Source: an uncultured delta proteobacterium (GTDB lineage Bacteria; Desulfobacterota; BSN033; UBA1163). Taken from it: 64,000 bases of DNA. Position 1 is the stretch's first letter; the number at the start of each line of letters is the position of its first letter. Both the position numbers and the translations under genes were made by a program. The notes under the pieces were generated by a model that saw only the letters and a list, made by a program, of their open reading frames with translations, did not search any database and was not told where the DNA came from. Positions 60,977-64,000 of this stretch are shown here, one piece after another. The stretch lies in NCBI GenBank assembly GCA_963708295.1, contig CAVPSJ010000004.1, forward strand, positions 192,001 to 256,000. The letters run 5' to 3'.

Positions 60977-62673
60977 ATGAAGCACGCAATTAAAATCGCG
61001 CTGATCGGAGGTGTCGTAGAGGTCCTCCTCTCGCTGATCGGAATGATTGAGGCTTTTAGTCAACGCGATATTATCAGCCAAATCATCTCCATGGGCCATA
61101 CTCTGCTGCTTCTGGTCGTTCTGTTTACGGGCTATCTCGTAGCAAAACGGACACCGGGAGCTAAACGTTTGTGGGTACTGATAAACAGCCTGATATCGGG
61201 GTTGATTGTGGGAGGCGTCCTCGCCCTACTGGTGATGGTGGGGGGGGGAGTAAGTTTGCGGAAGGTCTTTATCAATGCTTCACCTCTTCTCTATAAATTA
61301 CTCACTTTTGATCAGGGGGTAAAGACGGGTATTCTTCTACTCGTCGGGGGGGGCGCCTTGAGTGGACTTCTCGCAGGCCTCCTCTCCCTCGCGCCAGGCT
61401 TCTCCGTCGGGTGTTGATCGTCTCACTTGGCAGCGTGGTTGGGGCGGGCGTGCTGCAGGACTTGCTGCGTCCCACCTTCGCCCTCTGGGGACCTCTTGCC
61501 GTCATGAACAAGTGGCTTTTCACCGCCAATGGACTTACATTCCATGGTGCCATAGGGCTATTCGTACTGATTGCGGCCTTGTCTGCCCTTTGGGCTAAAA
61601 AAGGGAATGCGATTCGATCTGACTTGAAACGTCTGCCTTCCACAAGGCAACGTGCGTTAAAGATAATGAGTCTCCTTCTTCTCATCATGGTCCTGCTCGT
61701 GCTACCACGACTTCTCGGTCTTTTCCTCAGTGAAGTGCTTACCATTGTGGGTCTTTACGTCCTTTTCGGATTAGGACTAAATATCGTGGTTGGATTTGCC
61801 GGCCTTTTGGATCTGGGTTATGTCGCTTTCTTCGCCATCGGTGCGTATACCACAGGCGTGCTGACCTCCCCGGAATTGGGCTTCTTCAATCTATCCTTTT
61901 GGGGAGCACTCCCTTTCGCGATCTTCATGGGAGTACTGTCGGGTGTCCTTTTGGGCATCCCTGTTCTGAAGATGCGGGGTGATTATCTTGCTATTGCAAC
62001 CCTTGGTTTCGGTGAAATCATCCGTATTCTTGTTCTCTCCGATTTTTTACGGCCGTGGTTGGGCGGGGCACAGGGTATCGGTAAAATTCCCAGAGCACAC
62101 GTCGGCAGCATAGAATTGGCGACGCCTCAGCAGGTCTACTATCTTATTCTCGCGGGTTGTCTGCTCGTTGGCTTTATCTCCTGGCGACTAAGAGACTCTC
62201 GACTGGGACGCGCCTGGATGGCCGTGCGGGAGGATGAAGACGTCGCCCAGGCGATGGGAATCAATCTGAGCTCCACAAAGTTACTCGCCTTCGCCACAGG
62301 AGCCGGTTTTTCTGCTTTGAGCGGAGCCATCTTCGCCAGCAAACTGGGCTCGGTCTACCCCCACAGTTTTAACGTGATGATTTCCATCAACATCCTCTGT
62401 TTAATCATCGTCGGAGGGATGGGAAGTATCCCGGGCGTGCTCGTGGGAGCAATTGCCCTGGTGGGACTGCCGGAGTTGTTGCGAGAGTTTGCCGAGTACC
62501 GCCTCCTGGTTTATGGCGCTGCTCTCGTGGCCATGATGCTTCTTCGGCCTGAGGGTCTTTGGCCGGAGGCTTTGCGCCGCCGCGAAGTGCACGAAGGAGA
62601 AAAGGCCGATACAGAATCCACGTCAGGCGCCAAACCTAACCCGGCGTTGCCGAAACTAAAGAGTGGGAGTTGA
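60977..62673 (+). CDS. livM: Branched-chain amino acid ABC permease with long N-terminal TM extension (frameshift near 61400)
   Basis: GLNIVVGFAGLLDLGY, RGDYLAIATLGFGE, RAWMAVREDE. Confidence 0.85.
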
Positions 62674-62676
62674 AGA

Positions 62677-62839
62677 AAATCCGAAATCCGAATATCGGGC
62701 GAAGCGTCCGTCTCGGACCAATCCGAAACAAATCCGAATTTCAAAAATTCAGATTTATTGCACCTTTTTGAGTTCCGAACATTTCAAAATTGGTCATTTG
62801 GGATTGTTTCGAATTTCTGATTTCGTGCTTCGAATTTAA
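62677..62839. repeat. 7-mer inverted-repeat element, sister of 43356-43569
   Basis: aaatccgaaatccgaatatcgggcgaagcgtccgtctcggaccaatccgaaacaa ... tttcgtgcttcgaatttaa. Confidence 0.7.
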
Positions 62840-62913
62840 ATCGGTCAACGACAATAAGTTTGCTCCCATCTTGAGCACAATTTTATTCAGGAGAGACTAG
62901 ATAAAAAGAACTT

Positions 62914-63690
62914 ATGGCTATTCTATCCACAAAAAAAGTCACCAAACGCTTCGGCGGGTTGATCGCCGTAGGCGATTTGGACATCGAAATCAAAGAGCAC
63001 AGCATCCACAGTATCATCGGACCCAACGGCGCTGGCAAGACGACCTTTTTCAATTGCGTTACCGGCTTTTACCGGCCTGAATCCGGAGAGATTCTATTGA
63101 GCCACCACTCCCTCGTTGGCCTGTTGCCCGACCGAATCGTTCGTCTTGGAATTTCTCGCACCTATCAAAATATTCGCCTCTTTCCCAACCTCACCGCCAT
63201 GGAGAATATCCTCGCGGGCCTCCATAGCCACTTGAGAGCAGGGTTCTTTGGTATTTTGGTTGGATTCCCTGCTGTCCAACAAGAAGAAAGAGAAGCAGCG
63301 GAAGAAGCGCGGCGTCTCCTTAAGTTCGTCAACCTCGCTGGGAAGGGCGATTTCCTGGCAAAGAATCTTCCCTATGGCGACCAGCGACGGCTGGAAATTG
63401 CCCGGGCCTTGGCTGCTCGCCCCAAACTTCTGCTCCTCGACGAACCCACGGCAGGCATGAATCCAAGAGAGACGCAGGATATGATGGATTTCATCCGGCA
63501 CCTCCGTGATGAGCTGGGAATCACGATCCTTCTCATCGAACATCAGATGAAGGTCGTGATGGGTATCTCTGAATCCGTCACCGTATTGGATTATGGGGAA
63601 AAAATCGCAGAGGGCGCCCCGGCCGAAATTCAGAAAGACCCAAAGGTCATCGAGGCCTATTTGGGAAGATCGAGTCAAGTAGTCTTGTAG
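62914..63690 (+). CDS. livG: Branched-chain amino acid ABC ATPase
   Basis: GPNGAGKT, LPYGDQRRLE, LLDEP, IEH, EAYLG. Confidence 0.93.
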   Translation: MAILSTKKVTKRFGGLIAVGDLDIEIKEHSIHSIIGPNGAGKTTFFNCVTGFYRPESGEILLSHHSLVGLLPDRIVRLGISRTYQNIRLFPNLTAMENILAGLHSHLRAGFFGILVGFPAVQQEEREAAEEARRLLKFVNLAGKGDFLAKNLPYGDQRRLEIARALAARPKLLLLDEPTAGMNPRETQDMMDFIRHLRDELGITILLIEHQMKVVMGISESVTVLDYGEKIAEGAPAEIQKDPKVIEAYLGRSSQVVL

Positions 63691-63766
63691 TCAAATAGTC
63701 ATGAAAAATCACAAGACTAAAATGTTGCCTGACTAGATTTTATGACTACTTGACCAAGAGCAAAAA

Positions 63767-64000
63767 ATGAAGATTGAGAAATTTGAAGATTTAGATTGCT
63801 GGAAGAAGGCAAGGTAATTGGCTAACTTGGTTTATGATCTTACGAATCAAAGGAGCTTTGTGAAGGATTTCCACCTACGGGATCAAATGCGGGATGCCGC
63901 AGGGTCGGTAATGCACACCATTGCGGAGGGGTTTGCGGCAGGTTCCGATGCGGAGTTCGTCCGATTCTTAAAAATCTCTCGACGTTCTGCAAGCGAGGTG
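63767..64000 (+). pseudogene. Four-helix-bundle protein (IVS/Avd-like family) with in-frame stop; runs off the window
   Basis: Hand translation MKIEKFEDLDCWKKAR*LANLVY..DFHLRDQMRDAAGSVMHTIAEGF..EFVRFLKISRRSASEV; TAA at 63815-63817; absent from the ORF track. Confidence 0.8.

Noticed and set aside
63815-63817. Recoded stop (Sec/Pyl)
   Set aside because: The codon is TAA, not TGA or TAG; a nonsense mutation or base error is simpler
63767-64000. Diversity-generating retroelement (Avd-like gene)
   Set aside because: No reverse transcriptase or TR/VR pair seen in the window; sequence beyond 64000 cannot be assessed

Overview
Bacterial chromosomal window; gene content and repeat types suggest an anaerobic deltaproteobacterium/Desulfobacterota-like organism (inference). 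Several genes are split by single-base indels, probably assembly errors. Contents: (i) an aryl-polyene-like type II fatty-acid/polyketide gene set in two pieces (17-3677 and 18540-21186), separated by a serine hydrolase, an AT-rich Fe-S membrane protein, a nitroreductase and a TRAP/BKACE/ThDP catabolic operon; (ii) LemA, DUF2207 and a lytic transglycosylase; (iii) a Tat-exported PaoABC-like molybdoenzyme; (iv) the main point of interest, a minus-strand lipid cluster (36279-54260, with a probable satellite at 29556-33142). It combines a KS plus catalytically dead KS partner, ACP, an atypical acyltransferase, FabZ, thioesterase, two methyltransferases, three cobalamin-dependent radical SAM enzymes, a phytoene-desaturase-like protein, a fourth radical SAM next to a split activase/dehydratase-like triad, an LpxL-type acyltransferase, GT2 and an ATP-grasp ligase; (v) radC, tatBC, a Liv ABC transporter and a stop-interrupted four-helix-bundle gene. 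Intergenic spaces are dense with palindromic and short-period repeats, some fused into coding sequence. No rRNA, tRNA or CRISPR array was recognised.
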